From NCBI GenBank assembly GCA_965203315.1, contig OZ241857.1, positions 96,001-160,000 on the forward strand: 64,000 nucleotides of DNA. Direction: 5' to 3'. The notes under the pieces were generated by a model that worked only from the letters and a program-made list of their open reading frames with translations, ran no database searches and was not told the origin of the DNA. Source of the stretch: Nitrosopumilus sp. GTDB taxonomy: Archaea; Thermoproteota; Nitrososphaeria; Nitrososphaerales; Nitrosopumilaceae. The position numbers and the translations under genes were made by a program. Shown one piece after another: positions 62,822-64,000 of the stretch (position 1 is its first letter; each line of letters opens with the position of its first letter).

Positions 62822-63868
62822 TTATGCAACGATCTCTCTTTTTATGAATGCCAAAAGATCGAGCGTATGTCGTGTCTTTTTTAGATAGTCACGCACAGCA
62901 GCTTCCATCTCTTCAACTGTCTCATAGTATACTCCAACTTTGATCTCTCGTTTGAGCTGATGCCAATACTCTTCGATTGGATTGAACTCGGGTATTGCTC
63001 TTGGCAGATAGACGAGTTTGATATCCTTGCCCTTGATGAACTCTTCGACCTCTTCTCCTTTATGCGTCTTGGGACCATCGAGCAGCAGTATCACTTTTTG
63101 AAAGCGTTTGTACAGGTTTTTCAGAAACTCCAAGAAACAGGCCTTGTTTGTACTCTCTACTATCTCAAAGTATTGCACTCTACCTTGACCTATTGCCCCC
63201 ATTACGATCACTTTATCACGTGACCCCTTTGAGGTAGCATATACAGGCCTGCCTATTTTGGTCCAGAATTTAGCACCATTCTTGGTTTCTAACGTCAAGA
63301 TTGTCTCGTCCATTGCAAACAGTTTCCAACCTTTCTTCTTGAGATGTCCATACATGGACAGTACCCTTTTACGGAATGCTTTGATCTCTGGAGGTTTAGC
63401 TCGATTTCTGTATGCCGTTTGTGAACGTTTCCTTGACCACCCTAACTTTTTCATCCTCTTTCTTATCGTATCAAAGTGTTGTCTTACACCTGTCTCGTCT
63501 AAAAGTAACTTGTACATGTCTCTAGGTGTTGTTCTTTCTTGAGTGTCTAGTATTTGCTCATATGTTTCGTCAGGTATCTTGGGTTTTCTTCCACGACCGC
63601 CCTTGTCTTCCAGCCCAAAAAGAGCCTTTTCGTCAAATCGATTGAGCCAATTGTATACTGTACGTTCTGTTACTCCAACAGATTTTGCAGCAAGTGCTAC
63701 TGTACAGCCATCGACTATGATCATCTTGAGAGCTATGACTTTGTGTCGTATGTGTTGGTGTTTTCTTTTCTTAAGACCCTTCTTGAGTATTTTTCTCTGT
63801 GATCCAGACCATCGTCTGGGCGATTTAGATGTCTTTGAAGTATTGACAGATCTCTTTTTTGTTGCCAT
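62822..63868 (-). CDS. IS630 transposase
   Basis: HTH, AMDET, LLLDGPKTH, PEFNPIEEYW. Confidence 0.93.
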   Translation of the reverse strand: MATKKRSVNTSKTSKSPRRWSGSQRKILKKGLKKRKHQHIRHKVIALKMIIVDGCTVALAAKSVGVTERTVYNWLNRFDEKALFGLEDKGGRGRKPKIPDETYEQILDTQERTTPRDMYKLLLDETGVRQHFDTIRKRMKKLGWSRKRSQTAYRNRAKPPEIKAFRKRVLSMYGHLKKKGWKLFAMDETILTLETKNGAKFWTKIGRPVYATSKGSRDKVIVMGAIGQGRVQYFEIVESTNKACFLEFLKNLYKRFQKVILLLDGPKTHKGEEVEEFIKGKDIKLVYLPRAIPEFNPIEEYWHQLKREIKVGVYYETVEEMEAAVRDYLKKTRHTLDLLAFIKREIVA

Positions 63869-64000
63869 TGTAATGTCTAGAACACATTAATTCATAACTT
63901 ATGATGTCAAAAATAGTTGATACTGAAATTAATTTATCTTGTCACTATAGGCAACAAGAAATTTGCCACGACATTGCGCAATGCTGCACCAGATCTGCTT

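Larger units (their letters stand above)
62494..63947 (-). mobile_element. IS630-family element inserted at CTAG with TA duplication
   Basis: TIR TAGTGACATGACGAATTAATTTCA vs right-end reverse complement TAGTGACAAGATAAATTAATTTCA; TA flanks. Confidence 0.9.
62078..64000 (+). pseudogene. Different IS66 transposase, interrupted by the IS66 copy upstream and by the IS630
   Basis: FDEFPY, VDGYIVY, QRCWVHVIR...HEKL resumes in frame after the IS630 as GNKKFATTLRNAAPDL. Confidence 0.8.

Overview
This window is chromosomal DNA of an ammonia-oxidising archaeon of the Nitrosopumilaceae type. The assignment is inferred from class I LysRS, Elp3, archaeal AspRS, rpoD-rpl18e-rpl13-rps9, rpl10e, endA, cofE, ahbAB and an intron-containing tRNA-Leu. 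The very high load of IS elements and MITEs suggests a host-associated lineage (inference). Housekeeping genes alternate with IS66, ISH3/IS4-like, IS481, IS5, IS1595 and IS630 elements, several MITE families and an IS graveyard around tRNA-Glu. The most notable feature is a pair of paralogous secreted proteins built from a Cys-containing ~200-aa repeat (2 vs 7 copies) with a shared ~300-aa C-terminal domain. Each has a poly-G tract (G15 and G13) directly after a TATA box, making this a candidate phase-variable surface-protein system; one copy is cleanly split by IS66. Other highlights are an ATP-grasp/degenerate-M20 + GGT + N-formylglutamate-amidohydrolase operon, an IS630 carrying a convergent HTH-only paralog of its own transposase, a PIN toxin knocked out by an IS, and several unannotated small Cys/His-rich proteins. 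All family assignments come from motif recognition by eye; no database searches were run.
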